Shown: piece by piece, positions 1 through 9,327 of the stretch
Numbering within the stretch: the first letter of the stretch is position 1
Layout: every line of letters begins with the position of its first letter
Source: Candidatus Methylomirabilales bacterium
Lineage (GTDB): Bacteria; Methylomirabilota; Methylomirabilia; Methylomirabilales; CSP1-5
Direction: 5' to 3'
Assembly (NCBI GenBank): GCA_046758505.1
Contig: JBHIAH010000039.1
Coordinates: 1-22,384, forward strand
DNA length: 22,384 bases
The notes under the pieces: model-generated
Seen by the model: the letters and a program-made list of their open reading frames with translations, nothing else
What the model was told of the DNA's origin: nothing
Database searches by the model: none
Translations under genes and position numbers: made by a program

Positions 1-68
1 TCTTCGAGTCCCTTCACCTGGCCCTGGAGGGCCTCGATCTCGGTGGGGGGTTTGTTCTTATCCCGCAT
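1..68 (-). CDS. 5' end of a gene running off the window (MRDKNKPPTEIEALQGQVKGLE...), coiled-coil-like N-terminus
   Basis: ATG at 68 with GGGGAGG RBS at 76-82; frame open to the window edge; only 22 codons visible. Confidence 0.6.
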   Translation of the reverse strand, partial: MRDKNKPPTEIEALQGQVKGLE

Positions 69-395
69 CGCCAGTCCTCCCCAACCGTCCGGGGACTACC
101 ATGGCCGATCCCGCGGTTGCACCCGACTTCCTCGTTTCCCCGGCCCGCCGCTCGCCACCCCTCATCTGAAGTCCGCCGACGTCGGGGCGCCAGCCCAGAA
201 GCTCACCGCCACTCCGAACTCCACCCGCTGCAACTCCCATACCACAAGAGTCCGCTCTCAACAAACCCCTGTCATTTTACGGCTCGCATCCCCTATCGGT
301 GGGGGCTTGACTTCCCCTGCCAAGGCTCGTATGCCTTCCCCATGGGCACCACACCATCGCCCGCACGAAAGGGAGCCACCATCCCTGTCCAGATC

Positions 396-995
396 TCAGC
401 GCCGGGTGCCGATGAGCTGCAGAAACTCATTCCGGGTTTCTGCCTTCGTCTGAAAGACGCCCACCATGGCGCTCGTGACCGCCTTGGAGTTCTGTTTCTC
501 CACCCCCCGCATCATCATGCAAAAATGATACGCCTCGATGACGACGCCCACCCCCTGTGGCTTCACCGCTCGCCTGAGGGTCTGCGCAATTTGTTGCGTT
601 AACCGCTCCTGCACCTGGAGGCGCCTGCTGTACATCTCCACCAGCCGCACCACCTTACTGAGGCCGAGAATCTTCGTCCTCGGGATGTAAGCCACATGAC
701 ACTTCCCAAAGAATGGCAGCAGATGATGTTCGCACAGGCTGAAGATGTCAATATCCTTCACCAGAACCATCTCGTCGTAGTCCTCCGCAAAGATGGCCCC
801 GTTCAGCACCTCGGACAGATCCTGTGCATACCCGCTGGTCAGATACCGCAGGGCCTTCGCCATCCGTTCCGGCGTCTGCCAGAGCCCCGCGCGATGCGGA
901 TCCTCCCCCAGCTCCTTCAACAGGTCTCGGATGAGGCCCTGCATGTACACCTCCTCCCCCACCTCTCCCGAGCCCTTGCGCCGCCGTTGCTGCAT
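396..995 (-). CDS. folE: GTP cyclohydrolase I
   Basis: Motifs [49 protein letters not shown]; start could be ATG 995 or ATG 944, both with GGAGG-type RBS. Confidence 0.97.
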   Translation of the reverse strand: MQQRRRKGSGEVGEEVYMQGLIRDLLKELGEDPHRAGLWQTPERMAKALRYLTSGYAQDLSEVLNGAIFAEDYDEMVLVKDIDIFSLCEHHLLPFFGKCHVAYIPRTKILGLSKVVRLVEMYSRRLQVQERLTQQIAQTLRRAVKPQGVGVVIEAYHFCMMMRGVEKQNSKAVTSAMVGVFQTKAETRNEFLQLIGTRR

Positions 996-1083
996 GCCTC
1001 TCCTCCTGAGAGATCAAAAAGAAATGGGGAGTTGCTGCTCACCCCGAGCACTCGTCGGCGGAATGTTCCCTCCACACAAAAGT

Positions 1084-1112
1084 ATTCTCCCCCACAACTC
1101 ATGCCGTGTCAA
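1084..1112 (-). promoter_or_regulatory. sigma-70-type promoter for folE
   Basis: TTGACA-17 nt-GAGAAT on minus strand. Confidence 0.65.
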
Positions 1113-1250
1113 CACCCGAGTCGGATCAATGCCGTCACCCGGCGCGGTGGACAGCGCGGCATGGGATCGTTCGGGCTAAGGCTGATCACCAGGGGACGAA
1201 CCGGGGAAGGGGAGGGCACCGAGGAGGCGGAAAAAACAGGCCCCTTTCGG

Positions 1251-1325
<75 letters not shown>

Positions 1326-1339
1326 CCGATCCTGTGTAT

Positions 1340-1368
1340 CTTATAGCCAATCGCGGGCACGCTGTCAA
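1340..1368 (-). promoter_or_regulatory. sigma-70 promoter for tRNA-Gly
   Basis: TTGACA-17 nt-TATAAG, 14 nt upstream of the tRNA 5' end. Confidence 0.8.
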
Positions 1369-1386
1369 CGGCGAAGTGGACCACCG

Positions 1387-1803
1387 TTAGAGATCGGCGT
1401 CTTGGAAATTGGTCACGCGCCACCCCTCCTTGACCCGGCCGGTGGCGATAATTGCCTGTTTCTTGAACACGCGACGGTCCACCGAGATCGTGAGGTCGTA
1501 GACAAACAGGACCTTGATATCCCCCACTTTTCGCGTCGTGTGGAGACGGTAGGACACGTCCCGGCCCGCCGCCCCCGTCGCTCGTGCCACGGCCTGAAGG
1601 AGCCGCTCTTCGTCCTCGATCTTTCGCCGGGCCAGCCCGTACGCCAATGCCTTGGCTTTGGGAAGATCCGGCTGAACGTAATACCGCTCCACGAAACTTC
1701 GGGCGACCGACTCCGGGCCTTCCGCCGGCGTGCAGGCGGCGAGGGCGAGCACTGGAGCCATGCAGAGGCCGATTACGCGGCAGACGCTTTTCACGTCGAT
1801 CAC
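1387..1803 (-). CDS. hypothetical lipoprotein (possible NTF2-like fold)
   Basis: Hydrophobic stretch with lipobox LAAC, then PESVARSF...GWRV pattern; GTG start overlapping upstream TGA (GTGA); exact start uncertain (ORF extends to 1824). Confidence 0.75.
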   Translation of the reverse strand: MIDVKSVCRVIGLCMAPVLALAACTPAEGPESVARSFVERYYVQPDLPKAKALAYGLARRKIEDEERLLQAVARATGAAGRDVSYRLHTTRKVGDIKVLFVYDLTISVDRRVFKKQAIIATGRVKEGWRVTNFQDADL

Positions 1804-1952
1804 CGTCCCGGCAGGGAGCACCACGCAAGGACAAAGAGGAGGACCAGGAGCACTAGGAAACCGAGGACCATGTGCCGGATTCCCACCTCGCGCGCTTTCT
1901 CCGGCAACCGCTCCGGCTCTTGTTCCTCAGGGCTGTCGTCGATCCGCATCAT
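1800..1952 (-). CDS. small single-TM membrane protein (~50 aa)
   Basis: MMRIDDSPEEQEPERLPEKAREVGIRHMVLGFLVLLVLLFVLAWCSLPGR: acidic N-terminus plus strong TM helix; fills the gap between genes; stop overlaps next start. Confidence 0.6.
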   Translation of the reverse strand: MMRIDDSPEEQEPERLPEKAREVGIRHMVLGFLVLLVLLFVLAWCSLPGR

Positions 1953-1986
1953 CCGGAGCCACTCATACCACCCTTTCCTCCGGCAA

Positions 1987-3471
1987 TCAAGGCGATTCCC
2001 CCCTGGCGAACTCCTCCCGGAGCGAGGCCAGATGGTGCGTGAGATACCGCACCGCCTCCTCCTCGGTGGTGAGCGTACCCAGGCTTGCCTCCTCCCGAAG
2101 CCGCTCCAGCAGAAACCCGACAAACGCTCCGGGAGCGAGGTCCATCCGGGCCATCAGCTCATGGCCGTCCAAGACGGTCGCACCCATACTTTTCTGCCCG
2201 CTCGCTCGCATCCGTTCGCGGCGGAAAGCACACATCTCCCGGACGAATCGGAGGTGGTCCCGAAAGGCTCTCCCTTCTCTCCCCTGCGTTGCCCGGAGAT
2301 CGGCCAGCGAGAGGAGGAGAAGCGGCGCGCCCCAGGCACCGAGATCCCGCCAAAAGCGGTACCGCGCCCGCGGTGTGATGGTCTTGACCTGCCGCAGGGA
2401 GAGGGGGCGGAGATGTTCCCGAACCAGTACCACCGCCATCGCGGAAGCCCGCGATCCCAGGCGCAGCCGCCGACCGATCTGGTGAACCATTTCGGCCCCT
2501 CGTTCCACATGCCCCAGGAAACGGACGCGCCCCCCTTTCATCGAACGGGTCTCCGGTTTCCCCACATCATGAAGGAGAGCGACAAACCGAAGCAGGGCGT
2601 CTCCATGAATCCCCCCCTCCACCGTGGCCCCCAAGGGCCCGATCAAGGAGGCCGCCTCGTCAGGTAACAGTTTCGGCAGCGCAAGGAGTATTCCGTCCAG
2701 GGACCGGACTGTCTCCACGGCATGGGCGAGCACATCGAAACGATGGGGATGGTCTTGCGGACATCCTCGCATCGCCCGGGTCTCGGGCAACAGGGTATCT
2801 AAAAGAGCAAGCGCATCCATCACGCTAAGCCAGTGACCCGCCGTGGGGCAGCGGAGGGTCTCAAAGAATTCCTCTCGCAGCCGCTCGGGTGCTGCGAAGG
2901 CCAGAAGAGACGCCCGCTGGCGGATCGCCCGGGCCGTCTCCCCGTCGACGCGGAAGTCGAGCTGCGCGGCGAAACGGATGCTCCGCAAGAGACGCACGGG
3001 GTCTTCGTTCAACACGTGCGGATCACCCACGCGGATGCGCCTCTCTCTGAGATCCTGCAGGCCCCCTGCCGGATCGATGAGGTGAGGTGCCTCCTCCCCC
3101 AAAGCCATGGCCAATGCGTTGATCGTGAAGTCACGGCGGCGCAGATCCTCCACGATATCGCCGCCGCGCAGCGGCGCGATGTCGACCTGCACGCGCTCCC
3201 CCCATCGTGAAAAGACCACGCGCCGGACCTGCGCGCCAAGGCAGATCAGTTTGCCGGCAAACCGGTGCTGGAGGGCCGCCCCCAAGGCGCGGGGATCAAC
3301 GGACACCAGGTCGATGTCCAAAGTTCCCCGGTGCCCCAGGAGGGCATTGCGCAGGAAGCCTCCGACGAGGTGGACGGGCAGCAGTCCTCGTTCTGCTGCC
3401 ACCCTAGCCACCTCCCAGAGCAGCGGATGGTGCTGCACACTCTTCAGCATGCCCAGGACACGCCGGTTCAT
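1987..3471 (-). CDS. tRNA nucleotidyltransferase/poly(A) polymerase family with HD domain (probably CC-adding)
   Basis: VGGFLRN, DIDL, EDLRRRDFTINA, EDPVRLLRSIRF, ERLREE, LLHDVGK motifs. Confidence 0.92.
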   Translation of the reverse strand: MNRRVLGMLKSVQHHPLLWEVARVAAERGLLPVHLVGGFLRNALLGHRGTLDIDLVSVDPRALGAALQHRFAGKLICLGAQVRRVVFSRWGERVQVDIAPLRGGDIVEDLRRRDFTINALAMALGEEAPHLIDPAGGLQDLRERRIRVGDPHVLNEDPVRLLRSIRFAAQLDFRVDGETARAIRQRASLLAFAAPERLREEFFETLRCPTAGHWLSVMDALALLDTLLPETRAMRGCPQDHPHRFDVLAHAVETVRSLDGILLALPKLLPDEAASLIGPLGATVEGGIHGDALLRFVALLHDVGKPETRSMKGGRVRFLGHVERGAEMVHQIGRRLRLGSRASAMAVVLVREHLRPLSLRQVKTITPRARYRFWRDLGAWGAPLLLLSLADLRATQGREGRAFRDHLRFVREMCAFRRERMRASGQKSMGATVLDGHELMARMDLAPGAFVGFLLERLREEASLGTLTTEEEAVRYLTHHLASLREEFARGESP

Positions 3472-3576
3472 GGCCTCACCCTAAAAGAGGGGAGGAAGAA
3501 AAGTCAACTGGGCTTCTGCCCGCGTGGCACGATGTCCGCGCGACCACAGGACAAACCCCCACGGCCCGAAAATTTC

Positions 3577-3606
3577 TTGACGGCGGGCGTCTCCCGGGTT
3601 TACTCT
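3577..3606 (+). promoter_or_regulatory. sigma-70-type promoter for DUF1858-cysE
   Basis: TTGACG-18 nt-TACTCT; strong GGAGG RBS before ATG 3659. Confidence 0.65.
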
Positions 3607-3658
3607 TAACACGAGTTGAAGGTGTGGTTGGTTACGGGTCCTCAGGAGGGGGGGGAGG

Positions 3659-3862
3659 ATGCGGATCGATAGGAAGATGAAGATCGAACACGTCATCCAG
3701 ACCTACCCAGAAACCGTCTCGGTCTTCACCCGGTACGGGGTCGCCTGTTTGGGTTGCTCCGGCGCCAGTTACGACAACATCGAGGTCGGGGCGAAAATCC
3801 ACGGCATCGATGTTGACCAGCTCCTGGCCGACCTCAACGCGACCATCGTCTCACGAAACTGA
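3659..3862 (+). CDS. DUF1858 family protein (CxxC disulfide/redox domain)
   Basis: [41 protein letters not shown] fits the DUF1858 pattern; strong RBS. Confidence 0.88.
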   Translation: MRIDRKMKIEHVIQTYPETVSVFTRYGVACLGCSGASYDNIEVGAKIHGIDVDQLLADLNATIVSRN

Positions 3863-3935
3863 GCGCTCCGACGGTCCAGCGCGGCCCCGCTCGCGGACCG
3901 GGAGGGGTGGTTTCACCGTCAAGAGAGGATTCGCG

Positions 3936-4631
3936 ATGTTCGATACGCTCCGGCGAGATATCCAGGCTGCCCGGGATCGTGATCCCGCCGCCCGAAGCAC
4001 TCTGGAAATCCTCTTTTGCTATCCCGGGCTTCACGCCCTCTGGTTTCACCGAATCGCCCACGCCTTCTGGAACCGGCGACTCCTCTTCGTCGGTCGGTTT
4101 CTCTCGCATCTGAACCGCTTCCTCACCGGGATCGAGATCCATCCCGCGGCCCGCCTCGGCCCGGGGCTCTTCATCGACCACGGCATGGGCGTCGTGATCG
4201 GTGAGACGACCGCGGTGGGCGAGAATGTCACCATCTATCAGGGGGTGACGTTGGGCGGCACCAGCCTGGAGCGCAAGAAACGACACCCCACGATCGGCAA
4301 CAACGTGATCATCGGAACGGGAGCCAAGATCCTGGGACCCTTCAAGGTCGGCGATAACAGCAAAATCGGCTCCGGCTCCGTGGTCGTCAAGGAAGTGCCA
4401 CCCAACTCGGTGGTCGTCGGAGTCCCGGGACGTGTGATTTACCAGGACGGGAAAAAGAAGGTCACCGAGATGGACTTCGACTGGACCAATCTTCCCGACC
4501 CGGTGGCCCAAGGGCTGCAGTGCCTGCTCGACCGGGTGCAGGAGCTGGAGCGGGAATTGGAAGAACTGAAGGGCCTTGTGCCGTACAACGCTCCGGCCGA
4601 CTTCTCGTCACCGCTCCGCCGCGACGGCTGA
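3936..4631 (+). CDS. cysE: serine O-acetyltransferase
   Basis: [50 protein letters not shown] hexapeptide repeats, LPDPV tail; ATG 3936 with GAGAGGA RBS. Confidence 0.96.
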   Translation: MFDTLRRDIQAARDRDPAARSTLEILFCYPGLHALWFHRIAHAFWNRRLLFVGRFLSHLNRFLTGIEIHPAARLGPGLFIDHGMGVVIGETTAVGENVTIYQGVTLGGTSLERKKRHPTIGNNVIIGTGAKILGPFKVGDNSKIGSGSVVVKEVPPNSVVVGVPGRVIYQDGKKKVTEMDFDWTNLPDPVAQGLQCLLDRVQELERELEELKGLVPYNAPADFSSPLRRDG

Positions 4632-5906
4632 TCCCTTCCCATCCTTTCCCAACGCCAGGGCACGGTGCAGTTCCGACACGGGCACCAGGTCATACCCCTG
4701 CGCCCGGAGACCATCGATAATGGTCCGCAGTTCCCGATGGACCTGATCCTGTTTCCGTTGCGTCCCCAGGTGCAGGAGGATGATTCCCCCATTCGCCCGT
4801 GCCGTGCGTCCTTTCCCGAAGTTGAGAATGCGTTTCCGTACCTCCGCCGCCCGATAGTAAATCGGTGAGTGGGTGTCTGCGACCCAGTCCCGCGTATCCA
4901 GATCCTCCCCCGCCGCCAGGTCCCGCGTCCACCCCACATGCATATAGCCGATTGCTCCGGCCCAGCGACGGATCTCCAGATTATGTTCGCCATACGGAGC
5001 CCGCCAGTACGGGCTCATCGGCACCCCGGTCACCTCCTCAAAGAGACGAGCCGTCTGCCGAAGCTCTCCTTGGACACGCTCCCGCGTGACACCCGGCAGG
5101 GTGTCCTGTCGGCGGCTGACGGCGAAGCTGGTCAGATGCGGATGACTGAAGGTGTGGTTGCCGATTTCGTGCCCTTCCCGGACCATCCGGCGGACCAGAT
5201 CGGGATAGCGATCGATGTACCGGCCCGTGAGAAAGATGGTCGCCTTCACTCCCATGGATTTCAGCGTATCCAGGATCTCGGCGGTCGCATTGGCCTCGCT
5301 CCCCCCGTCGAACGTCAGGGCGATCTTCCGCTCCCACGCCGGACCCCGCGACAGGTCTGTCTCTGGGGGCAGGGGGGGAAGAGCCGGAACCTCCGGTGGG
5401 ATCATGTCGGGCGACGTTGGGGGAAGGCTCGGGGCAGGGATCGCCACCGGCAGGACGCCGACCGGCACAATCGCCGACCGTCGGACGGATCGAGATACCG
5501 GGGCCAGGGGGAAGACGAGATCACCGTACTGGTAGACCACGAGGAGAAGCAGCGGAGCCAATACGAGCGGAACCCACTCGGGACGGGGGACGAGTCGCCA
5601 CCGAGGTAAAGGGGGAGGCGCGGCACGTGCCTGCAGGAGCCGCTGTTGAGCATCCAGGGCCCGTCGTCGTCGCCCCAGGAGTCGCTGCACGCGGAGTGGG
5701 ACTGGTGCATCTCGAATGACCCACTCCCGAGCCAGGAACTCTGCCTCCACGGCCCGCTGCATCGCGTGGATGGCACTACACCCCCGGTCACAGAAGTGAC
5801 GAAAGCCGGTCCGGATAGTGCAGGCGCGACAGATCCGGACCCCACAACGGAAGCACCGGCGGGGTGCCCGCCGGGCAGGATGACCTGGACAGAATGTGCC
5901 TTTCAC
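4608..5906 (-). CDS. membrane-anchored polysaccharide deacetylase (CE4) with N-terminal Cys/His zinc-finger-like region
   Basis: ALTFDGG, GNHTFSH, WRAPYG, DTRDW, ILLH motifs; N-terminal CxxH, CxxC, CxxC, CxxxC; TM segment and Pro-rich linker. Confidence 0.88.
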   Translation of the reverse strand: MKGTFCPGHPARRAPRRCFRCGVRICRACTIRTGFRHFCDRGCSAIHAMQRAVEAEFLAREWVIRDAPVPLRVQRLLGRRRRALDAQQRLLQARAAPPPLPRWRLVPRPEWVPLVLAPLLLLVVYQYGDLVFPLAPVSRSVRRSAIVPVGVLPVAIPAPSLPPTSPDMIPPEVPALPPLPPETDLSRGPAWERKIALTFDGGSEANATAEILDTLKSMGVKATIFLTGRYIDRYPDLVRRMVREGHEIGNHTFSHPHLTSFAVSRRQDTLPGVTRERVQGELRQTARLFEEVTGVPMSPYWRAPYGEHNLEIRRWAGAIGYMHVGWTRDLAAGEDLDTRDWVADTHSPIYYRAAEVRKRILNFGKGRTARANGGIILLHLGTQRKQDQVHRELRTIIDGLRAQGYDLVPVSELHRALALGKDGKGSAVAAER

Positions 5907-5912
5907 CGTTCC

Positions 5913-7259
5913 CTACAGGGCCTCCTTCGACGCCTCGAGGACCTCGTCGGGATCCACCTTCAAGCAGACCAGTCCCGAGACGAGCTTGGGATAGAAATAG
6001 GTGGACTTGGGCGGAAGTCGTTCCCCGGCGGTCACCGTCGCCGCCACCTGCTCCAGCGGCGTCGGGTTGAGGAAGAAGGCGGCAGCCGCACGGCCATGTC
6101 GCACCTCGTGAAAGGCGACGTCCTCGTCCTGGGTAAACCCGATCATTCCTGAACCCTCCAGCCCCAGAAGCCTCCGGAAGACCAGCCGGTCCACAATGAC
6201 GACATCGAGCACCGGGGCATGGTGAGAGCGGCCCGGTGCGATGAGCTCCTCCGCCACCCTCGGATCCTTCGGGGTCACAAGGGAAACCGTCTCCCCCCCG
6301 GTGTACAAACCGAAGACGTGCCCGTGGCGTCCCTGCTCCTCCATCTCCTTGAGGATCTTCTGAAGAGCGCCCTCCCCTCCCCCAATCCTTCTCTCCTCGC
6401 AGTGGAAGTGCGGCCGGAGAATGCCGAGGATCTCCGCCCCACCGCGGGACCAGTCGGACCGGATGAGCCGATGCGTCGGGAGGACCGTCAGTCCCCGGTC
6501 CTCGATGCTCACCAGTGTCATCATCACAAAGTTGTACGCCTTCTCGGGCCTCGCTGTCGTGTCGGTGCGCCGCATCTCCTCCCGGAAAGTGAGAGCCGTT
6601 TCATACCGGTGGTGCCCATCGGCGATAAACAGGGGCCGCTCGCGAAAGGCCAGGATCAATTTCGCGATGGCCGCCGCATCCTGAAGGGCCCACAGGCGGT
6701 GTCGCACATCCGCCTCATCCACAAAATCGCCCAGGGGGTGCGTCCGCGTGGCCGAGCGCAGCAGGTCGGAGATCGCTCCCGACGGTCCGGGATAAAAGCA
6801 AAAGATCTGCTCGAGATCCACGGGCAGGGCCTGCATCAACCGCAGGCGATCGGCCTTCGGACCCGGCAAGGTCTGTTCATGGGGAAAGATGACCCCCGCA
6901 CCGTACTCTTCCAGGCCCACGGCCCCGATCAGCCCGATCCTGGTCCGCCGCTCGCCTTGCTTCCATGGATACTCCTGCTCGTAGATGTAGAAGGCAGGCG
7001 CCGCCTCCCGGAGAACAATCCCGGTCGCTTCCCACTCCTGAAAATATCGGGCGGCCCGGCGATACCGGTTCTCCTCCGGACCGTCTCCCGCCCGGTCCTC
7101 CCCGAGGATGAGACGAATGATGTTGTGGGGATGGCGGCGGTGAAGCGCATGGCGCAATTCGTCAGAGATCACGTCGTAGGGAGGAGAGACGACCGCTGCC
7201 AGGTCCCCAACCGTCTCCACACGGTAACGATGCCCCCGAAAGGGAAGGACACGGGCCAC
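5913..7259 (-). CDS. DUF1015 family protein
   Basis: PFRG, PPYDVI, PHEQT, IADGHHRYETA, PTHR, LPPKSTYFYPKL motifs; GTG 7259 with GGAAGGAG RBS. Confidence 0.93.
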   Translation of the reverse strand: MARVLPFRGHRYRVETVGDLAAVVSPPYDVISDELRHALHRRHPHNIIRLILGEDRAGDGPEENRYRRAARYFQEWEATGIVLREAAPAFYIYEQEYPWKQGERRTRIGLIGAVGLEEYGAGVIFPHEQTLPGPKADRLRLMQALPVDLEQIFCFYPGPSGAISDLLRSATRTHPLGDFVDEADVRHRLWALQDAAAIAKLILAFRERPLFIADGHHRYETALTFREEMRRTDTTARPEKAYNFVMMTLVSIEDRGLTVLPTHRLIRSDWSRGGAEILGILRPHFHCEERRIGGGEGALQKILKEMEEQGRHGHVFGLYTGGETVSLVTPKDPRVAEELIAPGRSHHAPVLDVVIVDRLVFRRLLGLEGSGMIGFTQDEDVAFHEVRHGRAAAAFFLNPTPLEQVAATVTAGERLPPKSTYFYPKLVSGLVCLKVDPDEVLEASKEAL

Positions 7260-7283
7260 GCGCAGCACTCCTTCCAACTCGTA

Positions 7284-7325
7284 GACCGGTGACCGATGAT
7301 AGACGACCGACGACCGAAAACAGAA
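7284..7325. repeat. degenerate 7-bp tandem repeat (GACCGAN x6)
   Basis: GACCGGT GACCGAT GATAGAC GACCGAC GACCGAA AACAGAA. Confidence 0.7.
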
Positions 7326-7388
7326 TGGACAACGGAGGTCGGCATGCGGTACCTCGAGCCCCGGTGGGTCGAGGGAACCGGACAGGCA

Positions 7389-8543
7389 TCATTCCTCTAC
7401 GCGGGACGCCAAGGGGCCCATCCGGGTGAAGCCCCCCCGTCCGTCCCCGAGATAGATGCCGATCTTGTGGAGGGAAGCAAAGACGAGGATCAGATCAGGC
7501 CTCCCATCTTCGTTGAAGTCCCCCGCCGCGAGCACGATCGGATCATCAGGCAACTTTATCCCGGACAGTCGGGTAAACCGGCCAGCCCCATCCCCCTTGA
7601 GGATGGTGAGGTCTTTGCTGCTACGGTTTCCCACCACCAGATCCAGCTTCCCATCGCCGGTAAAGTCACGAGCAACGATCGCGTGAGGATTGACGCCGGC
7701 CGGAAACTCGCCCACCTTCCGCAGATTTCCCTTCCCATCGCCGGCCAAGAGGAAGACGGCATCCTCCCCCGCGCAGACGACCGCCACATCCGGGTGCCCA
7801 TCCCCGGTAAAGTCGGCGAACGCCATGTAGTGGGGAAACCGTCCGACCTTGAAGACCCTTCCATCCTCGAAGGTCCCATCCCCTTTGCCGAGGAGGAGCG
7901 AGATCGTATGCTGTCCGAGGCTGGTCACCACGAGGTCGACGACGCCGTCCTGGTTGATATCGGTCCGGGCCAAGATGTGAGGGCGAGTTCCCGACGGGTA
8001 CTGACCGATCGCCCTGAAGCCCCCCGTCCCATCCCCCCGATGGATGAGGACACGCGACAGGAGAGCGTCAGCCACGGCCAGATCCATCCGGCCGTCCCGA
8101 TCAAAATCGGCCACCGCCGCCGCCACCGGCGCCTGGAAGGCTTTTAAATCCTTCCGCTGTGTGAAGCGACCCTTTCCGTCATTCAGATAGAGCGTCACAC
8201 TGCTCGCCCCACTGTTGGTCGACACCAAGTCCAGGAACCCATCCCCGTCGAGATCCCCGGCCGTCACCCAAACAGGACCTCGCCCCACCTCGTACGAGTG
8301 GTTCGAGCTCACCCCCCCCTTGCCGTCCCCGAGGAGGACGGTAATCTTTCGCTCTGCCGAGGCGGCGATGGCCATATCCAGGTGCCTGTCCTTGTTGAAG
8401 TCGCCCACGATCACGGAGTGGGGAAATCGACCGGCCGCCGTATATCCCTCATGGGCGGCAGCCTGCCGGAGGCCCAAGAGGACCCCCCCCATGCCGAGGC
8501 CACAGACAAGGATCACCCGCCACCCGCCCGAGTATCTCACCAT
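7389..8543 (-). CDS. secreted FG-GAP/VCBS repeat beta-propeller protein
   Basis: Signal peptide ending AAA; about 7 repeats of DFNxDGxxDL...LLGDGxGxF; ATG 8543 with AAAGGAG RBS (ORF extends to 8564). Confidence 0.9.
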   Translation of the reverse strand: MVRYSGGWRVILVCGLGMGGVLLGLRQAAAHEGYTAAGRFPHSVIVGDFNKDRHLDMAIAASAERKITVLLGDGKGGVSSNHSYEVGRGPVWVTAGDLDGDGFLDLVSTNSGASSVTLYLNDGKGRFTQRKDLKAFQAPVAAAVADFDRDGRMDLAVADALLSRVLIHRGDGTGGFRAIGQYPSGTRPHILARTDINQDGVVDLVVTSLGQHTISLLLGKGDGTFEDGRVFKVGRFPHYMAFADFTGDGHPDVAVVCAGEDAVFLLAGDGKGNLRKVGEFPAGVNPHAIVARDFTGDGKLDLVVGNRSSKDLTILKGDGAGRFTRLSGIKLPDDPIVLAAGDFNEDGRPDLILVFASLHKIGIYLGDGRGGFTRMGPLASRVEE

Positions 8544-8565
8544 TGCTCCGCTCCTTTGATACACC

Positions 8566-8991
8566 TCAACGCGCCTGTCCCGATCGTCCCTGGGCTTGTG
8601 TAGCGAGCGATCTCAGATATGCGATGACATCCCAGATCGCCTCATCGCTCATGACGCGCCCCGCGGGGGGCATCAGGCGGGTTTTCCCCACTGCCTCGCC
8701 GCCCCCCTTGATGATGTCGAAGAGATATTGATCCGAGAGCTGCTCCATGCGTTTCACGTCCGAAAGATCGGGGATCGGGACCGGAGGCGGGGGGACTTTG
8801 TTGCTCCAGCCCCACCCTTTCCCATGGTCCCCATGGCACTGGAGACAGTACTCCATGTAGAGCGCGCGCCCCCGGTAAGGGTTCGCCTGCTCGGCGGCCA
8901 AGGCCCCTCCTCCTCCCAAGCCGATGACCCCCCAGGCCACCGTCAGGATGATGGGAAGACCCGTTATGCGCCCTACCGTTAGCGACGGCAC
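8566..8991 (-). CDS. periplasmic monoheme class I cytochrome c
   Basis: Signal peptide, CLQCH heme motif, distal MP ligand (RLMPP), IWDVIAYLRSL C-terminal helix; start uncertain. Confidence 0.9.
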   Translation of the reverse strand: MPSLTVGRITGLPIILTVAWGVIGLGGGGALAAEQANPYRGRALYMEYCLQCHGDHGKGWGWSNKVPPPPVPIPDLSDVKRMEQLSDQYLFDIIKGGGEAVGKTRLMPPAGRVMSDEAIWDVIAYLRSLATQAQGRSGQAR

Positions 8992-9136
8992 GCTGTGTAC
9001 CAGACCCCGGATACGGTTTCACCCCTCCGCCACAGGAACCGACGAGCCGGCCGGCGTCCCCGGCGCCCCCCATCATGCCTTTCACCGGCGGCCTCCTCGG
9101 CGCGCCGGAGCGGCACCGTCGATTTGTGACGGTCGA

Positions 9137-9165
9137 AGGATAGACAAATGCCGGCGGAAAGGCAA
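9137..9165 (-). promoter_or_regulatory. sigma-70-type promoter upstream of cytochrome c operon
   Basis: TTGCCT-17 nt-TATCCT. Confidence 0.5.
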
Positions 9166-9327
9166 GGGAGAACCACGCCGGGACACGCTCCACGTGCAGT
9201 CCGCCTGACGGGTGTTCGCGCTTCCCCCGCTCATCATCGATGGCCAGGGGAGTCCGCCCGGTCCCGGAGACGACGCCGTGGGGCAGGATGAGGAGTACCT
9301 GCCCGAGATCGGGCGCGTGGAGGAACG

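Noticed and set aside
58..264. 68-aa minus-strand ORF
   Set aside because: G/R-rich with no RBS; its end overlaps the better-supported start at 68
1402..2667. 421-aa plus-strand ORF (likewise 6219-7292, 7296-8147, 19314-20222)
   Set aside because: Antisense shadows of well-supported minus-strand genes
7284..7325. Possible CRISPR array
   Set aside because: Only 7-bp units, no spacers and no cas genes
8988..9002. Sigma-54-like TGGTACACAGCGTGC (and TGGCACGATGTCCGC at 3525-3539)
   Set aside because: GG-N10-GC spacing is right but the -12 boxes are poor; the first overlaps the start codon and both loci have sigma-70 candidates
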